The position numbers and the translations under genes were made by a program. A stretch of DNA of 61,877 nucleotides, filler included, from Choristocarpus tenellus KU-1152 (taxonomy: Eukaryota > Protista > Phaeophyceae): NCBI GenBank assembly GCA_964200185.2. It is 10 parts of 10 records of this genome, joined end to end, with 100 filler letters (N's around TTAATTAATTAA, not from the genome) between each part and the next. Parts side by side here need not be neighbours in the genome. Positions count along the whole stretch, not along the records: positions 11,346 to 17,736 come from CAXNAD020008236.1; positions 17,837 to 23,760 come from CAXNAD020009399.1; positions 23,861 to 32,955 come from CAXNAD020003988.1; 7 more parts are not named here. One strand, written 5' to 3'. Below are positions 12,250-25,874 of the stretch, piece by piece (within the stretch, counting starts at the first letter, position 1; the number at the start of each line of letters is the position of its first letter). The notes beneath the pieces were generated by a model, which saw only the letters and a list, made by a program, of their open reading frames with translations, was not told the origin of the DNA and made no database searches.

Positions 12250-13450
12250 GACGCATCAAGCCACACACAAGCCAAAAGTGCTACCTGACAGTGGTAGGGA
12301 GGGGACCAGGAGATGACTGGAAGTACATGTTCAGGCATCTGTCGTGGGTATTTTTGTAGATGGTGATGGATAGATCCCCGTGAGTGTCTTAAGTTTCACC
12401 TTTCTGTGTTTATGCCATTGTGGGTGTATGGATTAGTTATTGTACTTGAGAAGGGTTTTTTTGGAGGTCTGAAGTACATCAGAGTCGGGCCGAGCGTGTT
12501 TGCGCAATATGGATGCCATTGTTGTGAAGTGGTAGTGGTGGTGTTGGAATCACTTTTATGGTGCTTATGGGTGCTCTCATGGTGTGGATGGGGGTAGAAT
12601 AGTTGTTTGTGTAAGGAATCGCCATAGTGAGATCTTCCACTTGACCCAGGTCTAATAAGCTAGTGGGTTGATGGTATAGAGTATGCTTCTCGGGAAGTGA
12701 TTGTTCGTGGCAAGCACCATTGAATAATCGGCAAGTACCTGTAGTGGGCTAAGTGTGGCACAGGTGGTGAGTCTGGGGGGGACGATTTCACTCTATGTTT
12801 CTCTGTTTGAGTGATTCCATGCTGGAACAGAAACAGACTCCACATAAAAATATTTTGGAATGTAGATAAATGTCTTCAGCATTCCTCATTTTATCTCACC
12901 AAAGCTACCCTTACGAATTAAATACTTCGTCAGCAGAGATGACGAGATTTTGTTTTTGTGGATAAGGAGAGGGTGCGACAATTGCTGTAGGTATCACTAT
13001 CTCACAGTGGAATTTATCATGGAATTATTTTGGTGCCATTGGTGTACTTGGAGAGGAGGTCGATGTAGCAAAACACTCCAACGTATAATTTGTAGTACTT
13101 TCTTGGAGTATGTGACATTATCGATACTATTACATCCTTCCATGCGAGTGCAGTCTGCTAGAGACATGGAGGTCTCCAAGAAGTCTAGAGGGATGTACTG
13201 TATTGAAGCACTTTTTCAATTCAGAGGCTTGCGCTCAGAATTGGCCAGCGCTTGCTGATGTAAAAAAACCCTGTGCGTAAGTTCATACACTGTTGTAATA
13301 AATTGAAATGAACTAAGCTCTTCTTGGCACACAGGTGCAAACCCATGTGTAGGGGAATTGCACAGATGGCAGGGGTGAAAGAGTGATAGGCGTGTTTGCT
13401 TTGAACTATGTTCCAAGTCCATACAACCTGTAGATGTCACAGGAATTGGT
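12250..13450 (-). mobile_element. Penelope-like reverse transcriptase relic (frameshifted)
   Basis: Collinear degenerate motifs FYVESVSVP (cf. FDVESLFTNVP), IIQWCL..NNHF..LYHQ..TMAIPYTN (cf. LxNNYF..YxQ..MAPxYAN), PFL, and GDLSITIYK..YFQSS. Confidence 0.55.
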
Positions 13451-14499
13451 CACGGTGAAGATGGAGCGGTACATAAGTGTGATGGCTGCCAACTTACTTG
13501 GAGAGACACCACCATCCTCACAGCATTTCGAGGAGTAATTGTGCTTTTTTGGTATTTTTGTTCCCCCTGAACATGATGATGGCCCGTAACTCGTGTTCAA
13601 TATTTGCTGCATAATGAGCCACTGTGTTGTCAGGAGATGGAAATGATAAACTTTGTAGGTAAGGGATGTTACCACTAACTGCCACCCCTTACATATTTCC
13701 TGGGGTTCTGGTATGTGGTGAGTACATTGAAAAACTTGTCACTGCAAATATTGTAAAAAATGTAGGCAACATTGTGACCATGTTCAATGTCAAAGTCTTC
13801 ATTGCGTCTGAGCCAGAGATGAATTCACATGAAAAATGAGGAAAGCAGCCTAATGAAGCAACTTCCTAAAGTGGTATCAATAGCTTTGCAGTCTGTTGCA
13901 ATCTTGCTTTTTTTCACTTTCGGTTCAGGAGAGGTATTCAACAATATAAATATCAAATGAACGCTTATGATGTCAAGAGGGGTTGAAGATTTGTATGCAG
14001 GAATGTATTAACTCCACCGAACGGGAACTATATCCCGATCAAAGAATGGCAAAAACGCGGGGTAATAACTCCAGTGCAATTTTGATGGTCACAACCTCTA
14101 AAGGTACAAGAATGAGGTGGTTGGGTGAATTCCCCGTAAAGAACTGGTCCGGGATAGAACCTCCCAAAATACGGTGCGTTTGATCCTACCGAAAAAAATG
14201 CAAGATTCTTGGACATCTTTTTAACGCCTTTTGCAGACTTTCTGTGAATACACATACGGGTGACCCACGCAGTAATATGGACCACGTCGGTGAGAAAAGG
14301 AGAGCTGCCGAGGCCACTCTGCCCCCTATATCTACCCTCGGCACCTTCTCTGTCGAGAGGCGACAGCAAAACAAGTACCATGTGAGACTCAGTGTAATGT
14401 TAGGTGACGAGAAAGTGTTTGTAATGTGGGGCAAGCAGCATGATCAAATCGCGAAATGGACCACGTGGCCACGACATTGACGCTGAGAGAAGCTGATTT

Positions 14500-14995
14500 G
14501 AAAGCAATAACACACAAATGTGGTTGGATCTTCAGCCGATATGGAGCACTGCCCCGCAGTCTCTGCCGCCTCGGGAAAGCAGGAAGGGCGTGGAGAGTGC
14601 ATCACCAGGTGGTACAGTGAAGAAGTCTGTGGGGAAGCCTGGTCACAGCGGGTGGAGAGAGAATCAGGGTGGAAGGCCAAAGGAAGTTTGGGGAGGAGAG
14701 CAGTGCGACTGCATGCCATTGCACTCAGGAAACGCCTAAGCGAAAACCTGGGTGTAGAATATCTTAGTAGTCTACGAAAAAGACCATAAAACGTCGCTCG
14801 AGATGGCAGCAGGATACGCGATGGTCATAGCGAAAACTGTAGATGGGGGATAGACTTCCTAACTAAGGGTCACATCAAGGTGTGGGAGCAAGGGCGCTAC
14901 GAGAGGCGTTTCGTTCTGGGCCGACGAGCGCATCCTAGCCGAGGTCAAAGAGTGGGTGTCCGAACACACAGGAAGAAAGGGTGGGGAGGCTTTTT
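14500..14995 (+). mobile_element. Possible N-terminal fragment of a transposase
   Basis: Frameshifted coding-like stretch including WEQGRYERRFVL(A)DERILAEVKEWVSEH; no catalytic motif seen. Confidence 0.25.
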
Positions 14996-16800
14996 TCCCG
15001 CCTAAACCCAATAGCGTATCTGTTGCCACTGTTAGTGACCTACAATCCAGGGTTCGAACCCCAATATGAGCGCTCTTTCTTCAAAAAAAGAAAAATGACG
15101 AAAGAAAACGAAGCCCATATCTAGAGGGTATTGTGACGGGCATCACAAATATGCTTTTACTTATTAAATCCGATGTCTACAACAAAGGTTATGAGGGACA
15201 AACGCAGAGGCATAAGCTATTGGTAGCACTACAGAAGCAATATTTGCGTCTTCCCAACACTGCACCCTTCATTCTTTGAGAGTGAGCAAGACAGAAACTG
15301 ATTCTGAGAAAGTGAGTCCGACAACTGTACCATCAGCGTAGCTGCAGCTAGGAGGGGAATAGCACCCAGCAACATAATTTCCGTGCTGTCAAAGCTCCAT
15401 CATTGTTTGAGAGTGAGCAAGACAGAATCTGATCCTAGAATTGTACAGAACTCAAGTGTGTTGAACTCACTTTCTCTTATTTAGGTTCTCTCTTGCCCTT
15501 GCTCACAGAATAAAGGTATCATTGTTGGTACAATGTAAATGATGTCGTCGGGTTGCTAGTTCCCTCCTAACCGGAGCTACCCTGATGCTGCCTGGTCGAG
15601 GTTGAGAAGAATTCAAGAGGCGGAGGAAAGACGATGGTACAGGAAGTCAGCATGCAGATTGGGGACTAGTGCAATGATGACAAAGACTGGATTTTGGTAG
15701 ACATGAAAGCATGGGGCTGGGGCTGAAGGTGGGTGCTGGGGGGGGTTAGAGATGGAGGATAGGGTAGTGCTGAGTGCATGGTCAGACATATCCACACTAT
15801 GGAAAAAGGAAATGTGTCCCTTTGTCTCTCCTCTTCACTCCCTTCCTCGCCTATCGTAGTCATTTGATTGCTGCATGGCAGGTATGGTTGGTCTATAAGC
15901 GAAATAATTTGACTTTCGGAACAAAGAACAACAGCAGAGATATAAGCCCCAGACTGGCTTACGGGAATGTAACTAACTCAGCACTGCACCTAACCTGCAC
16001 GCACATGATCATTTGTGGAATCCTATGCCTCGCACTAGGGCCTAGTCCACACAGACCTCTGTCACAGGCGATATGTCTTGATGGCGGTTTCATAAACACC
16101 ATTATGACATTGACGTTTTAGATTTGATATATTTGTACTTCTTGATTATTTATTTATTAATTGGTCATTATGGTCCACGATTGTGATAAGACATTGTTGA
16201 TCAGTTCCTTTCTTATACGATGATATTGACGATAATCCGAGTGAGAGATCCAGCGTACTTGATGACTTGTGCTTCAGGAGTCCTATACGTACACCAGTAT
16301 CATCTATAAGACCGTAGATTGGAGCTATACATCCTGTGAAGGTGAGCTCTGAGGGGCACCTGTAACATGGAGATCCTACTGAGACAAGGAGGTCCTACCA
16401 CCTCTCTTCAAACTGGAGAGAATGCTCCGTCTTCACCTCAACACTTAGGACTCTTTGTAGCTTCCCACGCCCGCCTGGATTCTTTTCTTGTTCCACCTGG
16501 ATTCCTTTCTTGTTCCACCTGGGTTTGTGGTCTTCATTCGTCGTCTATTCGTCGAGACTCCCTCCTTGGGCTCGTCGTCTTCATGGATCTGAGGGCTTCT
16601 GTGGCTCTGAGGGAATCGCCCCTCTCTAGCTGTAAAAAGAGTGGCCTCCGATCGCCATATCATCCTCCTATGGTCGTAAACGAGTGGATTTCGACCGCCA
16701 TAGCATAGACATTGCCTAGGTAGTTTTTCCTCGCCATTCATACACTCACATTCCTGATCTATTTTTCGTGTATCACACTGTTCTTTTATCCCACAGGTTT

Positions 16801-16978
16801 AGTTGGAACTGGAGTCCCTATCTTGGAAACGACAGAGTGGGAACGGAGTCGGAACTGGAGTCCCTAGATCGCAAAAAACCTGGCAGAGTGGGAACAGAGT
16901 GGGAACAGAGTCGGAACAATGTCGGAACTGGGGTCCCTAGGTTGCAAAAAAACTGGCAAGAGTCGGAACTGGACCCCC
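16801..16978. repeat. Array of GAGT(C/G)GGAAC 10-mers with ~70-bp higher-order repeat
   Basis: Motif repeated about 8 times, interspersed with GGAACTGG(A/G)GTCCCTA. Confidence 0.8.
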
Positions 16979-17204
16979 TATGTCGCCATGTGGCAATTAA
17001 TACATGCTGCTGCAGCACGATTTGAGGTGATAGATGATATTTATTGTCCTGACCCGTGATGATCACCTGTGGTAAGCGAGAAGCATGTATTCCTAGTTCA
17101 CGCTGGGGGGCGTGTTACAGGCGAATAGCATGTCTGCCTTTTCGCATTCCAACCAGTGTGAGTACCTTGTTATGACATTTACTATCTTACATAGTTTTTG
17201 GACA

Positions 17205-17720
17205 TTTTTGTTTGTATTTGAGACATGATTCCTGTCTTCTATTGTTTGTGTTTATAGTCCTGAAGGGGGAAGAGTCTATGAAAACACCCTATTTCAGTAC
17301 TATTGTCATTTTGCATCCATATTCATTTGTGTTGATATTTGTGAGGAGGGAGAGTCTTACTATGATATTCCCTATTTTTCTGAATATTTTTGTTGTATGT
17401 TCTTTGTTTGTGGGTCGAGCAAGCCTTTATATGGCAGGACCTTGTTCTTGTTTGTGACTGTGAGACATCTTGGAGTCCAATAATTTTTGTTTATAGCTGT
17501 GAAGGGGGACAGTCAAAGCAGTACCCAATTTCAGTACTATTGTAATTTTGTGCCTGTATTCATTTTTGCTGATAGTTGTGAAGAGGGAGAGGAGAGACTT
17601 GCTGAGATGATCTCTGTTGTTATTTTTTATGGTATATATTCATAGTTCCTAGCAAGAGTAAGCCTTTCCATTACAGCACCCAATCTCTTTTGTGATTGTG
17701 AGTCATGGTCTTAGTGTCCT
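17205..17720. repeat. Diverged ~240-bp tandem repeat (2+ units)
   Basis: TGAGACAT..TTTATAG..GAAGGGGGA..ATTTCAGTACTATTGT..AAGCCTTT recurs at ~240-bp spacing. Confidence 0.75.
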
Positions 17721-18627
17721 GTCATATAAAGGCTTGNNNNNNNNNNNNNNNNNNNNNNNNNNNNNNNNNNNNNNNNNNNNTTAATTAATTAANNNNNNNN
17801 NNNNNNNNNNNNNNNNNNNNNNNNNNNNNNNNNNNNGGGGGGAGTACGGCTGGAATACAAGTAGTTGCATATTGCTCAGGTTTCTCGTTCTATGAATGAC
17901 CTCTTGACGCACTGGGTGGGTTGACAAATACTCCCCAATTCCAGAGCTTCCAACCTGGAAAGAGTGCAAAACTCCACAACATCCCCCTTGAAAAGAATGT
18001 CACTGGACCACATCATAGTCAGAGCATTTCATAGCTCATGGCAGTTTTTGTGCACCATTGCTTTTCATATTCTTTATGTTAGGGCAATCTATTTTTGAAA
18101 TGTATGATACAGGGTGCAATACCAATTCATAAGTATCGCTGTATCAACAATTTACAAATCAGTTTACACCTCAAATTATTCACTACATTGATATAAAAAA
18201 GAAAAAAACATTAACACACACCAAACAGCCGTCACTAAAAAAAATACAGAAAAAATACAGGATTTATCAAGGGTGTTTTGTACAGTACAGTTAGTAGAAT
18301 ATGGTATGGTACAGTAGAGGAGTACACTATGGTACAGTATAGTACAAGATACTGATATGGTGCAGTCCCACTAACCTACTGGCTCGTTCAGTTTACCTAC
18401 CAACCAAACACAGAAAAAGCCAGTGGCAGAGCAGTTTGACATCATGGCATATACTGATAATGGAATATATTGCTTCACACAGGCTGTTCAATACATCTAT
18501 TGTAGTATACAAAAGTTAGGTCCCCAAAATGTTGAATATGGATATATATGGTGTGGTTTTTGCTAAACCTATATGCTGCCAATTTTTGTTCTGATTCTTG
18601 ATTTCACATTACAGAGCAATCAATTAC

Positions 18628-21600
18628 CTGCACATGGAAGTAATGGTGTCCATATCCAACTTGCCATTCAAATGCTGAATTTCTAAATTTCAGTGGATAT
18701 ACAAACATACCATAGACCTGTATACCCAACATATATCATCATCAAAAAAGGCCATACTTTGGATTCACTGGAATTTTGACAAATATAGCTCTACGGACTA
18801 TATTCACAAAAAAACAAAATTCAACTTCATAATCAATGACAAGTCAGGTATAGGAACCATTACTTAATGAGGTGTTTAATGTTCCATCATGTCAAATCAA
18901 GAATCAGTACACAAATTGGTCACTTATAGCCTACACAACATTGCATCGCATGCTCATATTCATTATTCTTGGGACCAAATTTTCAAACATTTTAAGAGAC
19001 AATCTGAGCAGTTTGTTGTGTGGTCATGCCACACCACCAGCTAAGCCGAGACGATACTTCAAAAACATGGTACAACAGTATGGTATGGTACAAAGTACAA
19101 AGTACAGTACTGAGTACAGCCTCAATGAACTGCTTTCTCAAGTCCCACCCTGTTGAGAATAAAAAATAAAATCAGATCATCAATCTTAATCTAGCAAAAT
19201 GAAAAATGAAAAAGAATCAACAAAAACTGTAATCAAATACATAATTGCATAGCACATTTTTCCTGCCACTTACCTCACAAAAACAGACTTGCAAGATCTG
19301 GAGGTACACCCTTAGGAGAGCTTGCCCTCGTTGGGTACCGCCTTCCTTATCACCATCACCCTGGAAGGCATGCAGCCCTGGCAGTGTACCTCTCTCCTCT
19401 CTCCTCTGCCACCGCCGCTAAGGGAGAGGACATCCAAATGTGCAGCAAGGGTGGAAGAGGAAGGGAGTTGGTAGGGATGGGAAGGCTAATGTAGAGCAAT
19501 AATGATAATCACTATTCAATTGCATGTTCTACTCATACTTCTAGTAGCGTAGATGCCAAGAAGGGATATTACTAATGATACAGTAGTGCAATATAATGTA
19601 CCATCATTGGATTGAAGAAAGAAAAAAATGTTTCTATGCCTGTGGCAATGGAGGGGACAAATGAGTCGGTAAATGTTGTGAAGTTCATTTTTTTTGTAGG
19701 TAAAATGAAAAATAAGAAAAACGGAAAGACTTAGATAGCGGATGTATACTCTGGAGCAATAGCAGTGGTCCCTGCATTACATGCAAGAGGCTAAATGGAT
19801 AAAAATGGATGCATACGTGTGTAACTTGACCAAATATGTTGAAAATACTGTACTGGAGCAAAGTTCATGTTTCTGACAGACTTTCTAGATGAGTTACTCT
19901 GGTGCACCTTAAACAAAATTTGATATACCTCCCTGCCTGCTGGGGTATGTTACTTAGGTGCAAGTACCAACACAGCAGTGGAGGAGACACACCACAATAT
20001 GTTGACTGAGGAAAAAACTAACAGCTTCATCATCTCACATATCTCCACACATGGCCTTCTAGTTCATGCTTTGTTCTCATAACAGCTACAACTATATAAT
20101 ACTTAGCTATACCCATCTGATTTGCACACAAACACACACACACAAGTATGACTGCATGGGAGGAGGAAGAAGTAGTTGTAATGTACAGGAGATCCTATTA
20201 TGGCATAAGAGATGGAGTAGAGAAAATATGTGTGCACACACAACAACTGAACTTATCACAGTTACCTGCATGTAGTTAACAAACACCTGATCCAAACTAC
20301 CTCACAAAGATGAACAAGTGACTCCAACTACTCCCTTGATAAGCATGAGGGATGACCACTTGGTCTAAAGTAGTTCATGATCTTTGACCATGTCTCACTC
20401 TGTATCACAGCACCTATTTATATCTTGTGTACCCTCCACAAGGTATAAAAACATACACTACAGAGCTTCAAATGACACAATATTACATCTCAAATTAACA
20501 CTACAAAACAATATATGAATGCAACACAAAAACACATCAAGTCCCCACCTTCCCACTGTCGCACTGTCATCCCCTCCCCCCCCATTATCCACAAATCCCT
20601 TGCTATCTCACCCATTTCCTTGGTCCAAACTAGCCCTCCTCCCCATCTAGGCTGTCCAGCATGGCAAGGAAATCTTTGCATACAAAGTTGATACCGTCTC
20701 TGTGAAAGGAGTTTAACAGAGAAAAAAATAAGTAAAGGTATGAAGTGGGTTGGAAATGAGGTCAGGGGACGAGCTCAGCAGTGGAGATGGGTCATATGGG
20801 GTGCAGGCAGAGGTGGGGGTTGGAGGCCTAGAGGAGGCTAGGGTTAGAGATGGCAATGCAAGTGGGACATGGGTGATGGGAAGGTGGGAGTGGGTTGAGT
20901 CAGCAGGGATTGGGACAGGGAGCGGTTGGGGGTTTGCTAATGCCAAAGATTGGAATACAAGATGTGGAACATAAATAGGTTGCAGCAGGTCTATGGCTAC
21001 ACAACATGAATTTTTCATTTTGACACAATTGCATAGAGAGCTGTGTTGCACAGCCATGTGGTTGGAGAGGCATCATGAAGGATATGTGTCAGTCAGGATA
21101 GGAAGAGGTCTACCTTGGCACTCTGGTGAAAACATAAACCAGACCGATCAATACAAATGTGGAAGTCTGTCAACAAAGCTACCAAAATCTGTAGACACTC
21201 AGTAGAGATATACAACCCCTGTACACCAAGGAGGTGAGTCACAGTCACAACAATCACAAGTCACAAGAGTGCAAATATCAGTTATCTATTTCTGGACCGG
21301 TTGGTTTCTACATTTCAGTGTACAAAATTGACATTGGCTGGGACTCTGGGTGTCGAGGGGGAGTTGATTGTGGCCTGCTCAGGTTTTCCTACTTCGACAC
21401 TATAGAGCCGATACATTCAAAGTAACCCCTCTGTTACTCCAGGAAATGGATTGTAATTTCCGGAGACTGCGCACATTTTTCAATTGCCTTTATCTCTTCC
21501 CATATCAACTAAGTATCTATCCAAGAAGGTACTCATATTTCTGATTCCTCACTTAGAAAAAATCTTTCCTATCCATTTTAGGCACCCAAAAAGTAGGTGG

Positions 21601-22082
21601 TCTCCTTTTCCTTACAGTTAGGAAATGATAACTTTATCATTTAGAAATGTTCTCCCAGTCGTCCCACATCACTTTTGTTACTCTCGTTCCAATCAAGTGC
21701 CACGATACCGACTCAGCATTGAACACAGATTATTGGCCATTCCCTAAAGAACAAACAGTTCAACACCCCCCTTGGAATAAAGACATAAGGTCCAATGAGC
21801 TCGTGAGAGGATGGGATGATTTTGATTCTTCCTGTTTGTCAGTAAAGGTATCTTTGAAAAGGGTATTGACCCCGAGGGTTGGGGGTGGTGGTGGTAGTTA
21901 TCCAGGGATGAGGTGAAATGCTCACCTTCCGCATTGCATAAATATCTGCAACCATATCTGAGAAGGGCACTCCACGAGAACGAGAGATTTTTCCTTTCCA
22001 TCGGGGCACGGGTGTTCATTTTCCCCTCAAAATCGAGAGGATTCGAACAGCTCTTTCCTTCCGTCAATTTAGCCCGTTTCAT
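18628..22082 (-). CDS. Possible multi-exon gene of unknown product (partial, exon chain not resolved)
   Basis: Candidate exons with good splice signals: 22082-21926 (ATG..G|GTGAGC), 19417-19274 (open 48 codons, |GTAAGT), 18682-18628 (|GTAATT). No recognisable motif. Confidence 0.35.
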
Positions 22083-23609
22083 TATCTGTCCTTTAGGGAG
22101 GTGTCATCCTTATCAACACTCTCCCACACAACCGCTTCTCCGGCATCTTACAAACTCTCTTTACGCCTGAATCCATTATGCCTAAAAAAACGACTATCTT
22201 TCTCTCTCGCTCGCTCTTGATCAGGATGAAGCGCACACCTCGCCACATCTGCGTTGTCCGATGAATGTATGCACGATATTATCCTTCCCACGACGCTGAA
22301 CCTTGCGTACAGCTGCTGGCATCTAGTGCATCAAAGTAGTGGTTGACTGCTCGATTTACGTGCTGACCCGCACCATCAAGGAAGAATCGACCTATTTCAG
22401 GGTCCTGGCAAGACGTAGCAACCACGAACAGGTCCATGGTCGTGGAGTACCTACAGTGCTTGAGAGAAGGTTTGTACTTGAGAGAAATATAGCCAGTGTC
22501 ATGTCAACCCGTAAATTCAGTACGACTGGTTTGTGGTGATGTGACAACAAAACTATTTATTTTTCTCACTTCTCATAGTATTTGAGTAGATACTATTATG
22601 GTTTCTCACATTTTCTAGATGTGTAAGGCAAAAGACCAAAACCAGTAGTACCCTACCACTATTACAAGGACACCTCTGAAAGTAAAAGTTGTCGTAAATG
22701 TAAACGATACCTCTCTTACATATTTTACTATTTGAATATCAACAATATATTATACTCAAAGTTTGGTAATTACGATGTCATGTGTGCATTGCTGCTATGT
22801 CTCCAACCTAGCTTAGCCCTAACACAACTGGGTGAGGAGCCAGGGAAGCATCATCCCAAGAATCTGACAGGCCTTCCTTGCCCATCTGCCTGGTGTCTAC
22901 AGCTTCAAACGCATGGGCATGTAGGAGCATGTCAGGCCTCCTCCCCCTGTAGAGATCTGCTGGCAGTGAGTCTAAACTCTATAGTCAACCAGTGCGGCCT
23001 TTTCCGCCATTGTTATACATTCATCAAACAATGCGGCTAGTTTCCATTAATCCACTCCTACACGAATCCTCGCAAAATACTCCACCTCCTTTCATGTCAG
23101 TTCACCTTCCCCCTACTTGAGAGTGTTTATGCCACCTCGCCTCCTCGCCCAGCTGCCTTCCCTTTCCACTCCATCTTCCGCTTCCATAACACTCCACATT
23201 CATCCAAGGACACCCACAATCATCCAAAACACTCTGCCTTCATCCACTCCCATACCCTGCCTTTGAATACGAAGAAATCCACCCCTGACTCGTGAGCAAT
23301 TAAGAGGTTGGGTAGGTGGGAAAGGTTGCTCAGAAGTTGCCCTGATCCTGCCCCGCTTTGTCCTTCTACCTATGCCTTTGACTTTGACCATTTATTATCT
23401 CCCCTTTTCCACAGCCCTCTTCCTTCTTTCCACTCATTTTCTACTAACTTATCGGATACCCGCTCTGCTTTTGGCCGATCCACAAATGAACCCTTTCGTC
23501 TACCCTCCCCAATTTCTTCTTTTTCCCTGTCACTATCTCACCTGGTTTACCAGTCACTGCCAGTTCTGACCTTCACTAAACTCAGATTACTTCATAAACT
23601 TTCCTCTTT

Positions 23610-23753
23610 CAGGGCCCACTTTTCTCTGTCTCGATTTTTGGGTGATTTGGTTGCATGCGTCGGGTGGATAATGTGAGTGCACTTCTCCTAGTCAGGGCCC
23701 GAATAGACACCCTAGTATAATCCCTCCCCCCCCCCCCTTTGATAGTTTGAGCC
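23610..23753 (-). mobile_element. MITE family B, partial
   Basis: GATTTTTGGGTGATTTGGTTGCAT core, followed by a C-tract and degenerate TIR GATAGTTTGAGCC. Confidence 0.7.
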
Positions 23754-24604
23754 ACAACAGNNNNNNNNNNNNNNNNNNNNNNNNNNNNNNNNNNNNNNNN
23801 NNNNTTAATTAATTAANNNNNNNNNNNNNNNNNNNNNNNNNNNNNNNNNNNNNNNNNNNNGGGGCACGGAGAGCTTGATGGTTTTGATAGGGACAGCGGG
23901 TGGGTGGGGGGTTGGGGGCTGGGGTGTGTGGGAGGTTCTTTACGGTTGAGAGGAGACCTGCTCGTGTGCACTCAAGCAATGGAAAACTGGGATGTCAGGT
24001 GTGTTTGCCTTTCTGGGAGCGGGTAGGTTGGCCTGCACTGGACAGGTGGCATAGAGTTAGAATATGAGCCAGGACCGGGGGTGATGCTTGGGGTGGGACA
24101 TAGTTGTGTTCATTGTGGTGCTGGTGTCGGACTCTTATTGATGTGGTTGTTACAAAGTGTCATGTTCGAAAGTCTGCATATTCTTTATCTCACGCTTGTA
24201 ACAGCTGACTCGGTCATCGAATGTGTTGAAACACTCTTCCTACTTTAGTCAGGGTTGTTACAGAATCTGTAAGGTTTCTGTTCAACAATTGAGCTTGGTA
24301 GTGTTTGTTCCTTGTCTAATGATGAGCGTCTGTTTTTCATTCTGTGCCTCACCTTGATCTTTTCGAGTCCTCTCTCTTTGACTAGGGACTTGTATATATA
24401 TATACATATTAATTCATCCTTTATTAATTGATCACACTGCTCAAACCCCCTGTAGAGGAAATGTGTGGATAGGGTAATTAATGCGATGTACCTTCCTATA
24501 TAATGTTTCTGTAAATTTCTCATTAGCATACATGAACCATCTACTCCATCCTTGCACATGCTCCCCACCTGGTATCACCCCTTCTTTCCCATTCACTACC
24601 AAAG

Positions 24605-25834
24605 GTTTGAAAAACCTGGGGAGGGCGAAGTGGTCTGTGATGGAGAAAGATGTGGTAGCGGTGGCAGACCTTCAGGGCAGGATAAGTCAGGATGCAGAGA
24701 TGGACAAGGTGATGATAAGAGAGGCGGAGGAGAGGGAGAGGGACGTATTGGGGGTGGCCTAATGAACAGATTGACGTCAGAGCAGCGTCGTATTGTGTTG
24801 ACCAATCTGAAGCCGGGAGAGGTGTTGTCCGTGGTGGCCTTTGCGGGGACAGGGAAGACCACATGCCTCAGGGCTTATGCCATGGCCCGCCCTCACCTTA
24901 AGGTTCTCTATCTCGCGGTAAGAAAATGTTCATGTCAAATAGATAGGGGAAGGGGGGGGGAGGTTGTTGTTTTGTTGATTGGATCGCCTTGTTTTGTTGG
25001 AATCAAGAAGCTGATCGTTACCCGTGCCATTTCTGGGGTGTGTGCATGCGTGACGACTGTCTAGCATATGGCCTCCCTCAGGACAGAAGGGACATGGTGT
25101 TATCAGCATTAGGTGCTGAACTTTTAGTCTCATTCTATCCTGTTCCAGTGCGGTATGTGTGAAGTGGAATGAAGGGGTATTCCTGAGGTGTCGGCATTGC
25201 AGTACGCAGCACTATCTTCCTCTTTATGGGAAGTGCATGTTGATGCTTATTTGATCTTGCATGTGCACGGACGGTGTAGTGCCAAGAACCTTGTGGGCAT
25301 TGTTCTAGATAAGGTTGTGGTTTACTCCACCATTCAGTACGACAAAGTCAGAAACAGCTCACGGTATACAAAAAATTCCTTATATCGTCAGCTGTAATTT
25401 ATCGTTGTGCCAGATCACTCCTCCAACTACCAAATTTGTAGTCCTTGGAATAAGGATATGTCCACATGGCCCTCCTCATATTTAGACCCTGTGTGGGGAC
25501 CCTAGGTCAAGTGGGAAGCCCTATACCAAGAACGTGCAATAGACGTAGCTCTCCCTAAGTTACCCTCCCATTTCCGGGCTTGGGGAAATGTCCTAGTGAC
25601 AGTATCAATGGGAATGTGTGTTGGATAGTTCCTGCTCGATTTCGAAATATTGATGTACGGGCCAGAGTGCACTTCGACGCTTTGTGGCTTCTGATGGGGT
25701 CATTGCCAAGACCCTACAGCTACGCGACAGTAGTAATGGACTTAGTCGCAGTACTGCATGTCTTTGATATTTTTCCCTTCCACCTGTATAACATTTTAGC
25801 CCCAAGGGAACCCAGAGCGCCCAGAGCCCTCAGA

Positions 25835-25874
<40 letters not shown>

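Larger units (their letters stand above)
16060..17736 (+). mobile_element. Non-coding LTR element (TRIM/LARD-like), diverged
   Basis: LTR 16060-16367 with inverted ends TGTCACAGG..CCTGTAACA; PBS-like TGGAGATCCTACTGAGA at 16368; G-tract at 17105-17112 followed by a second LTR start TGTTACAGGCGA at 17113; no gag/pol motifs inside. Confidence 0.6.

Noticed and set aside
16801-16978. CRISPR-like spacing of short repeats
   Set aside because: Repeats are 10-mers with non-unique intervening sequence, in a eukaryotic context with no cas genes.
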